Of a DNA stretch of 64,000 nucleotides, positions 1 through 15,061 are shown one piece after another. The notes beneath the pieces are model-generated. The model worked only from the letters and a program-made list of their open reading frames with translations, made no database searches and was not told where the DNA came from. Position numbers and translations under genes: made by a program. This stretch comes from the human T2T-CHM13v2.0 reference genome, Homo sapiens: assembly GCF_009914755.1 (NCBI RefSeq), contig NC_060937.1. One strand, given 5' to 3'. The stretch's first letter is position 1; every line of letters begins with the position of its first letter.

Positions 1-319
1 CACTCAAGTTGTGGCTCTTTCCCTAAAGTAGAAAACAGAAACCAGTTGGGTTCCAAGCATCCACGAAGATCTTACTAAATTCGTGATCCCTGGTGGCACC
101 ATGGAGTCAGGATTGGCTCATCTCAAACCTGACTCAGAAACAAAACCATCTCAATGTGCAGAGATGAACGTCCTTACCTGCTATCATATTTTCTGGTGTT
201 TTCACAGTGCTGCGCTTCCTAATCCCCATTCCACCGCAATCCACATGCCATGATGCCTAGAGGCATTAACAAAGGAGACACACAGGGGCTCCTCACGTTG
301 GCTTTCCATGGTTTTGATG

Positions 320-470
320 AAAATCTCAGTTTCCTCATCTCATACAATGTGGTTAGTAATAGTATCATTTAGGGTTGAAGAATTAAATGGTACGAATTAT
401 ATAGGGTGCTTATAATAACCTACATGGAAAATGCCTAGGATATGTTAGCTATGCTCATCACCAACATCAT
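320..470 (+). mobile_element. MIR SINE fragment
   Basis: ctcagtttcctcatct...aatagta core-like motif followed by a degenerate MIR tail. Confidence 0.5.
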
Positions 471-539
471 TATATGATGGTAATAATCAGATAGTTAGGA
501 AGGGCGATGCCAAGAAAATGGATACATGCTCTTGGGAAT

Positions 540-840
540 GAATGTGGAGAGATCAGAAGGTCAAGAACAAAGCTGTACAACATGTCTGCAGTAAAGGGAT
601 AGAGAAAAGAAAGGCTATAAAAGAAGGAATGAAACAAAGTTAGAGTAAAATTATAAAATCAAAGCTAAGGACAATTTCCAGAAAGGGTAATATCATTTAA
701 TATCATAGAGGTTTAGGAACACAAGATGGAAAAATGGCCTGTGGGTAACTGACATTGAGGTAGTCTTTAGGGAAGCTCCATTTCCGATAGAGAAGTAGAC
801 AGAAAGTCAGCTTGAAGCAGGGACTAGGTGAAGAAGCTGT
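540..840 (-). mobile_element. L2 LINE fragment (very old)
   Basis: Purine-rich stretch resembling antisense L2 (gaagtagacagaaagtcagcttgaagcagggactagg). Confidence 0.35.
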
Positions 841-1279
841 TGGCTGGTCGCATGGGGATATAAATAAGGGATCGCATATGCCATATTTCTGGGTTTCTTT
901 CTTTCTTGCCCAGCCTCTATATATGCCTAGAGTTTGGCGAAAACTTACAAAAAATACAAATGAAACCAATTTCGTTTGTAGACTCAAATACAATGCTTTG
1001 TGTTAGAATCAAGATAAATTCATGACTCTCCCTTCTATTGTCACCGTCAGTTTTGAAATTAAACATCAGCTTTTCTTCTTCATTAAAATCATTTTCAACT
1101 CCTTCCAGGTGTTGATGGTTTGGGGGAGTTACATAAGCAGTCAGGTCTTGATGAGTAGAGGAGGAGGGAACAAACACTTTCAGCAAAGGAAAAATTCTGA
1201 AATTCTGCTCATATTTTTCTCTAGTAACTTTCCTATGTTTGTGAGGATATTCAGTCATAAAGATCCTAGTGAAATTTTT

Positions 1280-1442
1280 TTCAAGCTTGACTAATCGTAA
1301 TCACTGTGGACTTTTGTTTAAAATGTGTATTCCCAGGCCTCTCACGTGCTGATTCTGATTCAGGAGATCACGGATGGGACTCAGAATACATGTGTTTGAG
1401 AAGTACCACAAGTGGTTCTTATGGTCAGGCAAATTTGGGAAT
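1280..1442. mobile_element. MER5-family hAT-Charlie MITE
   Basis: attcccaggcctc...gattctgattcagg...ggtcaggcaaatttgggaa, typical of MER5A/B. Confidence 0.6.
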
Positions 1443-2589
1443 CTAACCAGGAATTTATGTTTTTATGACTGGCAGCTAGAAAAGATTCCTAGAGTCTTTG
1501 CTTTTTGAAAATAAAATATTTCTTTTTTAAAAGGAAAATTGTATGACTAGATACAACATTTATACATGTGGCACATGTACTATACTGTGTGCTTTTGTCA
1601 TATTTACAGTTAAAGATGTGTAAGAACACTCTGAGAAAAATTATCTATTAAATGCAAAGAGGGGTAGGTCAGGGTGGGGGAGAAATGGGACTGGTGTGCT
1701 TATTGTTGCTAAAAGGTAGAAAAGCCAGAATGATAGCCATCTAAGGTTGCAAATAGCACACTGTAAGTTGAGGGAGCTTCACAATCATGTCTGAAACCTT
1801 CTTTGATATACTGAGTTGTAAACAGTGGCTTTGGACAAGATTTGAGGGAGAAACCAACTATGCTTTAAAGTGTTCATTTAAAAGACTTTAATTAAAGGAA
1901 AGTCTTTGTATTTACTTAAGCTAATTTAACTTCAGGACTTTAACAAATTACTAGCCCTTAACCTCTTAAAAATTGTCTTTCATTTCAAATGAAAGTTTAA
2001 GATGGCCTTTACGTTGGATTGGTATACTTGTGCGAAGACTTAACAGCAAGGTAATGTACATTTCTAAATGTTTACTTCTTAATTTTGCTGGAAGAAATAT
2101 ACTATTCAATTGATTATTTTTAAAGCAAAGTAAAACCATTTATTTTGACAAGTGACACTGTATTTTCCCAGTTTTCAGGTGGCAGAGATTAGGCTTAACA
2201 TCACTAATCATGAGAGAAATGCAAATCAAAACCAAAACGAGATACTATCCTATACCAGTCAGAATAGCTACTATTAAAAAATCAAAAAACAACAGATCTT
2301 GGGAGGCTGTGGAGAAAAGGGAACATTTACACATAATTGGTGCGAATGTAAATTAGTTCAGCCACTGTTTAAAGCAGTTTGGAAATTTCTCAAAGAATTT
2401 AAAATAAAATTACCTCTCAAGCCAACAATTCCATTACTGGTATATGACTCAAAGAAAGTCAGTTATTCTACGAAAAAGACATATGCACTTGCATGTTCAT
2501 CGCAGCACTATTACAATAGCAAAGACATGGAGTCAGCCTAGGTGCCCATCAACAGTGGATTTGATCAATAAAATGTGGTACATCCACAC

Positions 2590-2996
2590 AGTATTAGGCC
2601 ATTCTTGCATTGCTATGAAGAAATACCTGAGACTGGGTAACTTATAAGGAAAAGAGATTTAATTGGCTCATAGCTCTGCAGGCTGTACAGGAAGCATGGT
2701 GACGGCATCTGATGGCACCTGTGGTGTCTCCAGGGAGCTTTTACTCATGATGGAAGGTGAAGAGGGAGTAGGCTCATCACATGGCCAGAGCAGGAGCAAG
2801 AGAGAATGGGAGTGGGGGTAAGTACCACACACCCTTACACAACCAGATCTCGAAAGAATTCGCTATCACAAGGACAGTATCAGGTCATGAGAGATCCACC
2901 CCCATGACCCAAACACCTCCTACCAGGCCCCACCTCCAACCCTGAGGATTACATTTCACCATGAGATTTATAGGGGCCACCTTCCAAACGATTTCA
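2590..2996 (-). mobile_element. MST (MaLR) solo LTR
   Basis: gtattaggccattcttgcattgctat... terminus; 5-bp TSD cacac at 2585-2589 and 2997-3001. Confidence 0.9.
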
Positions 2997-3254
2997 CACA
3001 CCATGGAATACTATGCACCCATAAAAATAACAAAATCATGTCCTTTGAAGCAACATGGATGCAGCTGAAGGCCATTATCCTAAGTAAATTAATGCAGGAA
3101 TACAAAACGAAATACCACATGATCTCAATTATAAGTGGGAGCTAAACACTGGGTACTTATGGACATAAAGATGGAAAGAATAAACACTGGGACTACTAGA
3201 GGGGAGAAGGAGGAAGGCAAGGTTTGACAAACTAACTATTGGGTACTATGCTCA

Positions 3255-3635
3255 TGTATTAATCTGTTCTCACACTGCTATATAGAACTACCCGAGACTG
3301 GGTAATTTATAAAGAAAAGAGGTTTAATTGACTCACAGTTCCACAGGCTGTACAGGAAGCATGGCTGGGAGGCTTCAGGAAACTTATAATCATGGCAGAA
3401 GGTGAAGGGGGAAGCAAGGCACTTTCTACCATGGCAGCAGGAGAGCAAGTGAGCCGGGGGGATGTACCATATGTTTAAACCATCAGATCTCATGAGAACT
3501 CACTTACCATGTAAGAACAGCAAGGGGGAAGTCTGCTCTCATGAGCTAATCACCTCCCACCAGGTCATTCCCCCTACATTGGGAATTATAATTCAACATG
3601 AGATTTGGGTGGGGACACAGAGACAAACCATACCA
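3255..3635 (-). mobile_element. MSTA-like (MaLR) solo LTR
   Basis: tgtattaatctgttctcacactgctat...gggtggggacacagagacaaaccatacca; degenerate TSD gctca/aatca. Confidence 0.9.
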
Positions 3636-4929
3636 AATCAGCATCTGGATGACGGGATCATTCATACCCCAAAACTCAGCATTATGAGATATACCCATGT
3701 AACAAACTGACACATGTACCCCTGAATGTAAAATACAAGTTAAAATTATTTTCAAAATAAATAAATTAATGAATAAATAAATATGATTAAATGAAATTAA
3801 AATTTTGAATTAAAATATTTGAGAATGATTTCAGCTTGACAGTTATGTAAGTTATGTAAATGGAAACAGTGAGTTCTGTAGGGTTCGGATCAATTGCACT
3901 ATCTGTACTAAGTTGATGTCCAGTTGTTTGGATGAAAAGAAAAGAGGAGAAACATATAGATCAAACAGAAAAAAAAAATGGACAAGTTTTTATGATAGCA
4001 AAAAGAAGAATGGAGGAAATAGGACTGAGGTTATAGTGATTGATAGATATTAATAGATGACTAAGTCAAAAGCCACTGGTTGCAGAAAATATTGACTAAT
4101 TTTGTTTTATTCCAGTCAGACAACAAAATCTTATAACCTGCCTCTAGAGAAAACCCTTTTAGCCCTGTAATTATGTTTATTCCAAGCACCATTCCATTCA
4201 TTAAGTAGTGTATAGGGTGATTAATAAGTGAATTATTCACAGAATTAGGACAGAATTTTTGAGTATTTCAGGATATTAATACTATAGTCAATGAATTAAA
4301 ATAAAATTTGACTAGAGGTGTGATCACCATGAATGCCATGTTGGTATCTTGTTAGATTTGGCAACCTAAAGTTGACAAATTTATTAATAAAATAAACGTT
4401 CGTTGATGATTAATTTACATTTAGTAAACATGCTCTTTCTTCTTCCTTCCCTTTCTTATTCATTCATTCATTCATTCCAACAGAGCAGTGACTTTCATTC
4501 TAAGATTCCCAGAATCCTAAGAATTCTTGAATGTCATCATAGGGAGCCAGGTGTGAGGAGTCACAAATGTTGTATTTAATACTTGAAAAATCTCAAAAAG
4601 TTATATATTTACACCAGAAAAAGCTATACAGGTTTTAAGTTATATATATATAGTTGAATACTTTTTATTTCTATCCAGAAATAAGTCATTAGAGTTAATA
4701 ATGTTGATTATTTCATACTGACCTAGTAGGTAGCCTTTATATATCATTCATTACTTATTAGTAAAATAAGAACCCCCCCAAAATTACAAAATAAATATAT
4801 TTTGTGGGGTTTTCTTAAGTCTGTTGAAACATAAAATCAGAAGAGAGGATTAAAAGTAATCCTTGATTGTTAAAAAGGCAGGGAACTACTAACTTAGAAA
4901 ATTGTATGAAAACAGCAAGATATATACAT

Positions 4930-5103
4930 GGTCCTCAGACCAGCTGCCTGTTTTAATAAAGTTTTATTGGAGCACATCCATGGATCTATTGTGCTTTCCT
5001 GCTACAATGGTAGAGTTGAATGGTTGCTATAGAGACCGTATGGTTCGTAAAGCCTAAAATATTTATCATCTGGTCCTTTATAGCAAAAGTGAACCCAGTT
5101 TTA
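4930..5103. mobile_element. MER58A-like hAT-Charlie MITE
   Basis: ctgcctgttttaataaagttttattgg...aagcctaaaatatttatcatctggtcctttatag. Confidence 0.75.
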
Positions 5104-5129
5104 GAACATTCACTTTTCAAATTAGGATA

Positions 5130-6113
<984 letters not shown>

Positions 6114-6359
6114 TATTTGCTAACCAAAAGTTTAATTTGATGAAGATGGAATTATAAATACAATAATTCCAGTTTAAAGAATTAGAATGGTAAAGGTTAA
6201 TACAATTTAGTATGCCTAAAAATCACTAGAAAAGCTTACTAACAATGTAAAGTCTTGTGCCTTCAGCCTGAGATTTTGATTCAATAGGTCTAGCATGAGA
6301 CATAGGAATCTGGATTTTTAGGAATGATAAAGGAAAATTGCTTAAAATAGGGTAAATTA

Positions 6360-6940
6360 TGACTTACAAATATAAAATGAACACTTGTCTAAGATTTTTA
6401 ACTCATTTATTTAATGAGGGAGCCAGTAAGATGTTATACTAAGTTTTATGGAAAGAGCCACACATATCTAGGCACTAAGGAACACTGAAATAAATTTGCT
6501 TGATAGGTTCAAAACTGACTTCTTGATGGAAGGTGGAAAAAGGAAAATTAATTATACTTCCACCAAAATCAATCATTTGCCTGTCTATAGACAAGAATAT
6601 TTGCATTACTATCAGTAATCTACAACTAACAGAATTGCAAATAACAAAGAAAACAAAAGGCACAGAGACCCTATAGAAACAGATAACCCAGGTTATTCTA
6701 GACAAGGATGAGATTTCCATTAAAGACACTCAGTGGTAATTTCGTTGGTCCATCTTAAAATCTTTCCATTTTCTCCTGAAACAAATTGCTCAAGCAATTC
6801 AAATACAATGAATGGGGTCAGTGGGTCACACCTGGAGAAATCATTTTCTAACCTATAACCAAGACTGTTGAATTACTCCCTTCACTGGAAAGAATAAAAT
6901 ATTACCACATAAATTCGTATTATGATAATGGCCCACTATG
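6360..6940. mobile_element. Possible old ERV internal fragment
   Basis: Motif tttttaactcatttatttaatgagggagccagtaagatgtta resembles MER-type ERV internal consensi (recalled, unverified). Confidence 0.3.
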
Positions 6941-7530
6941 AATGATTTGGTGTTCTTAATTTTCTTAAGATTTATTAATATTTCTGAAGTAATTACTAAA
7001 TGCCAAGCAATATATTTTCTAATTTAATCTTTCATTGACTTTTACTTTCACTTCAATTGAGCTACTCACTTTCATGGCTATAAACTTAACTTTTCAATAA
7101 CTTAAAAATTGATTTCTAATGTTATAAACTTAAATGTTCCACTCTGTGACATGCTCTTTCAGACTCTCTCTTCCTTACTGCCAACTCACCTTCTCTTCTA
7201 TCTCTTCCAGTGCCCCAGTATCTTAACTCTTCCATTTTCTTTTTTCTTTTATTAAGTGGATACATGATAATTTCACATGTTGATGGGGTACAATGTGGTA
7301 TTTTGATACATGACACATTGTTAAAACCTCTCCTCCCTATCTTTCCCAGTCTGGTAACCACTCTTCTACTCTCTATTAGATCAGTGTTTTTGGATTTCAC
7401 ATAAGAATGAGATCATGTGATATTTGTCTTACCGTGGTTAGCTTATTTCACTTACCACAATGTCGTCTATGCTCATTCATGTTGTCACAAGTGACACGAT
7501 TTTACCCTTTATTATAGCCAAATGTGCATG

Positions 7531-7820
7531 TGATATAGTTTGGATATTTGTCCTGACCCATATCTCATGTTATATTGTAATCCCCACTGTTAGAGATTGG
7601 GCCTGGTAGGGGCTGTTTGGGTCATGGAGGTGGATCCCTCATGGCTTGGTGCTATCCTCATGATAGTGAATGAGTTCCCAAACTTCCTGACTAGTCAAGC
7701 AGATGTTGGCAGTATGCTCCCTGTACAGCCCATGGAACCAGGAGCCAATTATGTCTCTTTTCTTATAAATTATCCAATCTCAGGTATTTCTTTATAGCTA
7801 TGCAAGAATGACCAAATACA
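7531..7820 (+). mobile_element. MSTB-like solo LTR, internally deleted
   Basis: tgatatagtttggatatttgtcc...tatagctatgcaagaatgaccaaataca; TSD gcatg/gcata. Confidence 0.88.
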
Positions 7821-10051
7821 GCATATATGCCACATTTTCTTTCTCCATTCATTCATTGATGGACACTTAGGTTGATTCTAGGCTATTGTGAATAGTGCTG
7901 TAATTAACATGAGAGTCCAGAAATCTCTTTGACATACTGATTTAATAATCTTTGAATATATACCCAGTAGTGGGATTGTTGGATTATGTGATAAGTCTAT
8001 TTTTAATGTTTTTGGAAGTTATATTGTTTTCCATAACAGTTGCTCTAATTTACATTTCCACCAACAGTGTATGAAAATTCCCCTTTCTTCACATCCTTGC
8101 CAGCATTTGTTATTTTTTGACTTTTTCATAAAAAGCATTCTAAGCAGGGTGAGAAGATATCTCACTGTGGATTTGACTTGCATTTCTCTGATTATTAGTG
8201 ATGGTGAGCATCTTTTCGTATACCTGTTGGTGACTTTTTTTGTCTTATTTGGAGAAATGTCTATTCAGCTGTCTTGACTATTTTCTAATCCAATTATTTG
8301 TATTTTTGCTATTGAGTTGTTTGGGTTTTCTATAAATTTGGGATATTAACCCCTTATGAAGTGAATAGTTTGCAGATATTATCTCCCATTTTGTAGGTTG
8401 TGTCTTCACTCTTGTGATTGTTTCCTATGCAGTGCAGAAGTTTTTATTTGGTGTAATCACATTTGTTTATTTTTGCTTTTGTTGTTCATGACTTTCAATG
8501 TCTTTTCTAAAAAGTCCTTGCCCAGACCAATGACATATAACATTTCACCTAAGTTTTCTTCTACTAGTTTCATAGTTTGGGGTCTTACATTTAAATATTT
8601 AATTTATTTTGAGTTGATTTTTGTATACGATGAGAGATAGGGGTCTACTTTCATTCTTTTGTATGTGGATATGCACTTTCCCAGCACCATTTGTTGAAAA
8701 GACTGTCTTTTCCCAATTGAATGTTTGCACCTTTGTCAAAAATAAGTTGCATGTAAATATGTGGTTTTATGCCTGGGCTCTCTATTTTTGTTCCACTGGT
8801 CTACATGCCTGTTTTTATGCCAATACCATGCTGTTTTAGTTAAGATAGCTTTGTAATATATTTTGAAATTAGATAGTGTAATACCTCTAGCATTGCTCTT
8901 TTTGCTTAAGATTTATTTGGCTATTTGGGGTGTTTTGTAGTTTCACATGAATTTTAAGATATTTTTTAATATTTGTGAAGAATGAAATTGGAAATTTGAT
9001 AGAGATTATATTGGATTTATAGATTGATTTGCATAGTATGGTCATTTCAACAATGTTAATTCTTCTAGTCCATGAACATGGGATACCTTTCTATTTATTT
9101 TAATTTTTTAATTGTTTTTATCAATGTTTAATAATTTTCATCTTTCCGTGGCTTAATTTACTTGTAAGTATTTTGTTTTTTTAATAGCTATTTTAAATGG
9201 GATTACTTTCTTGATTCCTTTTTCAGATAGTCTGCTATTGGTGTATAGAAATGTTACTGATTTTTTATGTTGCTTTTGTATCCTGAAACCTTATTGTATT
9301 CATTTACTATTTCTGATTCTCAGTGGCATATTTAGGGTTTTTTACATATATGATCATGTCATCTTCAAAGAGGGACAATTTGACTTTTTTTTTCCAATTT
9401 GGATGCCTTTTATTTCTTTCTCTTACCTAATTGTTCTGACTAGGACTTCCAGTACTATGTTGAAAAAAGTGATTAAAGTGAACATTCTTGTCTTGTTCCA
9501 GATCCGAGAGGCAAACCTTTCAAGTTTTCACAATTCAGTACAATGTTGCCTGTGGATTATCACATATGGTCTTTATTTTATTATGTTCTTTTATAACTAA
9601 TTTGTTAAAAGGTTTGATCATAAAAAGATGTTTAATTTTGTCAAATGCTTTTTCTGCATCTATTGAAATGATTATATGTTTTTTATCCTTCATTGTTTAA
9701 TATGATGTATCACATTTTATTGATTTACAGGTATTAGACTATCCTTACCTCCCCGGGTAAATACCATTTGATTATGGTGGATAATCTTTTTAATGTGCTT
9801 TTGAAATATCATTGCTAGAACTGCTGGTTTTGAATGTTTGCATCTATGTTTATCAATGATATTGGCCTGGAGTTTTCTTTTATTTGCTGTTCTTGTCTCA
9901 TTTTGGAATCAGGAAATGCTGTCTTCATAGAATGAGTTTGGAAGAGTTCCCTCCTTTTCATTTTTTTAAAATAATTTGTATAAATTTTTTAAATGTTTTG
10001 TAGAATTTGTCAGTGAAAACCACCAAGTCGTGAACTTTTCTTTCTTCCTCT

Positions 10052-10328
10052 ATTTTTTTAGAGACAGGGTCTCACTCTATCACTGAGGCTGGCATACAGT
10101 GGTGGAGTCATAGCTGACTGCAGCCTCAAACACCTGGTCTTAAGTGATCCTCCTGCCTCAGCCTCCTGAGTACAAATGCACACCACTATACCTGGATAAT
10201 TTTTATTTTTATATTTAGAGATGGAGTCTCATTGTGTTGCCCAGGCAAATCTTGAACTCCTGGCCTCTAGTGATTCTCCTGCCTTGGGCTCCTAAACTGT
10301 GAGATTACAGGTGTGAGCTACTGTGTGA
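10052..10328 (-). mobile_element. AluJ
   Basis: gagacagggtctcactct...atagctgactgcagcctc...gagattacaggtgtgagc; strongly diverged. Confidence 0.85.
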
Positions 10329-13300
10329 AGTCTTTTGGATTTTCCTTGACTGAGAGCCTAAATCGCTCCTTCAATCTCATTATTTGTCATTGGTGTGTTC
10401 ACATTTTCTATTTCTTCTTTCTTCAATTTTGATAGGTTATATGTGTCCAGAGCATACGTATTTCTTCTAAGTTTTTCGATTTATTGGTGTATAATTGTTT
10501 GTAGTACTTACTCATGATTTCTTATATTTCTCTAGAGTCTATCATAGTATATCCTTTTTCATCTCTGATTATATGTGAATTTTCTCTTTTTTTCTTAGTC
10601 TGACAAAGCATTTGTCAATTTTACGTTTTCAAAAAAGATTCCTTCATTTAATTAGTCGTTTGTATTTTTTGTCTTCATTTTATATATTTGTGCTCTGATA
10701 TTTATATTCTTTTGCTAATTTGGGTCTTAGTTTGTTCTTGATTTTATAGTTCCTTGAAATACCTTGTTAGATGGTTTATTTATTATCTTTCTTGTTTATT
10801 GATGTAGAAATGTATTGCTATAAACTTCCTTCTAAGGACTGTTTTGCTGTATTTCATAAGTTTTCATATGTTCTGATTTCATTTTTATTTGTCTTCAGAT
10901 ATTTTTAAAATTAAATTTTTTTCATTGACCCATTGGTTGTTTAAGGATATGTTGTTTAATTTGTATGTATTTGCACAATTTCTGAAGTTCCTCCTGTTGT
11001 TTATTTCTAGCTTTATTCCATATGGTTAAAAAAACACGTGATATGATTTGTTGTTTTGATTAGCTAAGACTTGTTTTGTGGTCTAACATATCTATCATGG
11101 ACAATATTCCATATGCAGGTGAAAAGACTGTGAATTATGCAATTGTTGGATGAAATGTTATGTAAATAGCTGTTAAATTCTTTTGATCTAGAGTGCAGTT
11201 CAAATGTTTCTTTGTTGAGATTCTCTCTCAATGATCTGTTCATTGCTGAAAATCGGATGTCGAGGTTTCTTACTATTATTGTACAGCTTTTTGTCTCTCC
11301 TTTTAGATCTATTAATGTTTGCTTTATATATTTAGGTTCTCCAATGTTGAGTGCATTATATAATTACAATTATTGTATTCTCTTGTTGTACTGACCCCTT
11401 TATTATTACATAATGGCCTTGTTTGTCTGTGTTTACTTTTTTTTTACTTGAAGTCTATTTTATTTGATATAAATATAACTACTTCTGCATTCTTTGGTTT
11501 CCATTATCATAAAATATATTTTTTCATCTGGTCACTTTCAATTTTTGTGTGTATTTACAGGTGATGGGAGTCTCTTGTAGAAAGAATATAGTTAGGTCTT
11601 GTTTTTAATCCATTTACCCATTCTCTGTCTTCTTACTGGATAGTTTAATCTATTTCAATTCAAGGTAATTATTGATAGATAAGGACTTGTACTGCCATAT
11701 ACTGTTTTCTTGTTGTCTTTTAGAATTTTTGTACCTTTTTGTCCCTTTGTTGTCTTCCTTTGTAGTTAAGTGATTTTCTCTGTGTGTTTTTGTTTCTTGT
11801 TCCTTTATTTTTAGTGTATCTAATAAAAGTGTTTGCCTTTTGGTTACTATGAGGCATGTGAAGAATATTTTATAGTTTCAATAGGTAATTTTGAATGGAT
11901 AACAACTTAATTTTGATAATAAGAAATGGGGAAAAGCAAACACTCTGCTCTTTAACTCAGTCACTCCCCCACATTTTGCATTTTTGATGTCTTAATTTAC
12001 ATCTTTTATATCACTTATCCCTTAATAAATTATTGTAGTTTTTATTGTTTTTGTTTTGTATTTTAACCTTCTTACTAAAAACATGTAAGTGGATTACATT
12101 CAATTATTACTATATTAGAGCATCCTGAATTTGTCTGAATATTTATTTTTACCTGCAGATTTATACCTTCCAATTTTTTGTATTACATATTAGTGACCTT
12201 TTTTTTCAGTTTGAAGACTGTTCTTTAACATTTCTTTTAAGGCAGGTATGGTTACAATGAATTCCTTTAACTTTGTTTGTCTTAGAATGTTTTAACCTCT
12301 CCTTCATTTCTAAATGAGAGCTGTGCTGGATACTGTATTCACGGTTGACAGTTTTTTTTCTTCAGCACTTGATTCTATTATCCTACTCTCTCCTGGCCCA
12401 TATTGTTTCTGCTGAGAAGTCTGCTGCCAGGCACATTGGAATTCTCTTATGTGTTATATGCTTCCTTTTTCTTAATGCTTTCAGGACCTACTGTTTGTTT
12501 TTGACGTTTGAAAGTTTAATTATAATGTGTCTTGTGGTTGTCTTATTCAGATTAAATCAGATTAGTGAGCTTTGGCCATCCTAAACATCTTAATCCTTCT
12601 CCAAGTTTAAAAAGTTGTCTGTTATTTCTCTGAATAAGCTTCTAACTCTTTTTCATTCTTAGTTCCACTTTAACAATGTAGATTAGTTTTTTTGATGGTG
12701 TCCCATGGATCTCATAAGTTTTCTTTGTTTCTTCTCATTTTTTTCTCTTTTCTACTCTGACAGTGTATTTTCAAAGAGCCTGTCTTTGAGCTCACTGTTT
12801 TTTTTCCTTCTACTTGATCAGTTCTGCTCTTGATGCCCTCTAGTGCATTTTTCAGTTTGTTTACTGAACTTTCTACCTCCAGGATTTCCGTTTGATTTTT
12901 TCCCATTATTTTAAATTCTTTGTTGAGTTTCTCATAAATTTCCATATTGTTTCTCTGTACTTTGTTGAAGTTCAGAGATTTTTTTTTCTTAAAAAAAAAA
13001 CAGCTATTTGAATTTTTTTGTCTGCCACATCATTCATTTGCATGTCTTTAGGTTCAGTTGCTGACACCTTGTTTTCTCCATTTGGTGAGGCAGTTTTTCC
13101 TAGGCTATTCTTATTTTTTTAGATGTGCATCTCTGTCTACACATTGATGAATTAAATATTTATTTCAATCTTCTCAGTCTGGGTTTGTTTTTGACTGTTT
13201 CTCAGTGGGCTTGTTTAGAAATTCTGTCTGGATTTTCATTATATTCCATTTTAACATTAGGAGGTGTCCAAAGCAAAGGTTAGACATAAGTCTTGCAATG

Positions 13301-14084
13301 GAGCTTCACCACTGATGCAGTGTAACTGGATGGGCCCATGGGTGATCCACAGAAAGGCTGCTGTCTGTGGGGGGAGAACAAGTCAGGCCATCAAATCTGG
13401 ACAGTCTGTGTATCATGTTTCCCACAGTGTGGTGCCCATAAACAACCTGTCTGGTATAATATTTCCTCTGGTAGGAATGGCTAGCCACTGCTAAGTTTCA
13501 TATAGTAAGTAATGCTAACGCAATCCCTTCTGTATGTCCCTAGCATGCCTCTGGTGGTTCAGCTCTGTTGACACTCATGGGGCTGCTTGTGGGCTGATGC
13601 AGGAGTGAGTCTACTGTGAAGGCACTCAGTATGGTGGAAAAAATATTCAACTTCTGCTCACTTTATTCAGTGTAAGAACTGTGAGTTCAGGAGGACTTTC
13701 TGCATATAATACCATTATGGCCTGGGGGAGGAGTATCACAGTCACAGAGTACTGTTTCCCTTACTGCCCAAGCATGGTTTTACTCCTCTTTGCAGTCCAA
13801 AGGGGTTTCATTGACTCACTCATGTATTCAGGGTTCATTAGCTCTTGTACAGTTAATTTCATATGTGGATAGTTGTTCATATAGATGTGTCCATAGGGGT
13901 ATGATTACTGGAGAGATCTACTCCATTACCTTGCTGTGCCCAAATCCTTCCCCTTTCCAACACGAGTTTGCCACCTTCTAGTATTCTTTTTTCTTAACCA
14001 AACTAAGTTTAGCCTTTTAATCCTTCACCCTCCTCCACTTCAAATGCCATCGCTTCTTTGTATGCTTATTGTATTTTCCATGCT

Positions 14085-14215
14085 ATATGACTTTCAGCTG
14101 GTTATTTACAGTATGTAAGTTTTAATATCCTGTAAAAGGGGGATAATAATGGCATCCATTTGATAGGGATGTTAAAGATACTAAATGACCCTGTCCATGT
14201 TAAATAACTTTTTGA
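14085..14215 (+). mobile_element. MIR fragment
   Basis: ctgtaaaagggggataataat...agggatgttaaagatactaaatga. Confidence 0.5.
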
Positions 14216-14535
14216 GATATATTGAGATGTTTCTGTACTTCCTTGTTCTGCCCTTCTTGTTGAACCAGAGGAATCTATTGCCATGAAAAGTAATAAAACT
14301 GTCATAGTAGAAATTAAAAGTGAGTAGGAACTTATTTAAAAATCATCATTCTCTTTTTCAATGCAAAAATAAGAACTAGAAAATTTTAATAAGGCAATAG
14401 TCTGAAGAAATAACTTATGGAAGATAATATGGGTTTTTTAATATTAAAGGGTTCTTTTATATATTCAAACTTCGAGATTGGCTGCCTTGAATCCTACTAA
14501 AATTTCAATGTAAGTTTTAGAGAGGGAGGAAAGAG

Positions 14536-14892
14536 TCAAAGAAAAAATTGCACTGGAAAAAGTTAAATAAGTAAGGAAGATATTATTCAAGCTATTGCAA
14601 TACTGGAGAGAGTCCAGACCTAGTCTGAACTCAGCTCCCCTGATACAAAGGGCCATGGAGTTTTTGAAAGTGAGGGTAAGGGGGTGATCATAGGCCACCT
14701 GTCTTTGCTAACTGTCTTTTTTCAAAGGAAAAATAAACTTTCTTTTATCTTTGTGATATAAGGTAATTTTTACAACTTGGAGCAAGATTAGGCTCTTACT
14801 CTCTCATGGAGACTGGGAAATATGGTATTATCTTTCTGGAGGATTACGTTTGAAAGAGATGGCTCCCAGATCCTTGAAAAAGGAAATTTTCT
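14536..14892 (-). mobile_element. ERV1 LTR, MER31/MER67-like
   Basis: tcaaagaaaaaattgcac...gaagatattattcaagctattgcaata...aaagagatggctcccagatccttga. Confidence 0.65.
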
Positions 14893-14899
14893 GCTTACA

Positions 14900-15061
14900 A
14901 GTTACACATGCCACTTCTACCTGCATTTCACTGGCCAAACAGGTCACATGTCTAAATCTGACCCTTCCTTCAATAGGACAGAAATGTATAATCTTCTAGG
15001 AGATAGGGCCACTACAGCAGGAAGACCAGATAATGGGAGAATGGTAATATAATCTACCACA
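14900..15061 (-). mobile_element. Old MLT1 LTR fragment
   Basis: cacttctacctgcatttcactggcca...gtcacatg...taatataatctaccaca terminus. Confidence 0.55.

Larger units (their letters stand above)
2197..3790 (+). mobile_element. L1 3' end (L1PB4/L1MA1-like), interrupted by two MST LTRs
   Basis: ORF2 C-terminal remnants (GCGEKGT..CKLVQPL; TIAKTWSQPRCPS..KMWYI), L1 3'UTR and A-rich tail at ~3755-3790. Confidence 0.9.
7240..13940 (-). mobile_element. Near full-length degraded L1MA-type LINE
   Basis: 3'UTR at ~7250, antisense ORF2 remnants, ORF1 coiled-coil remnant (ORF 12712-12945 NQTEILE..KNALEGIKSR), 5'UTR-like end at ~13940. Confidence 0.88.
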
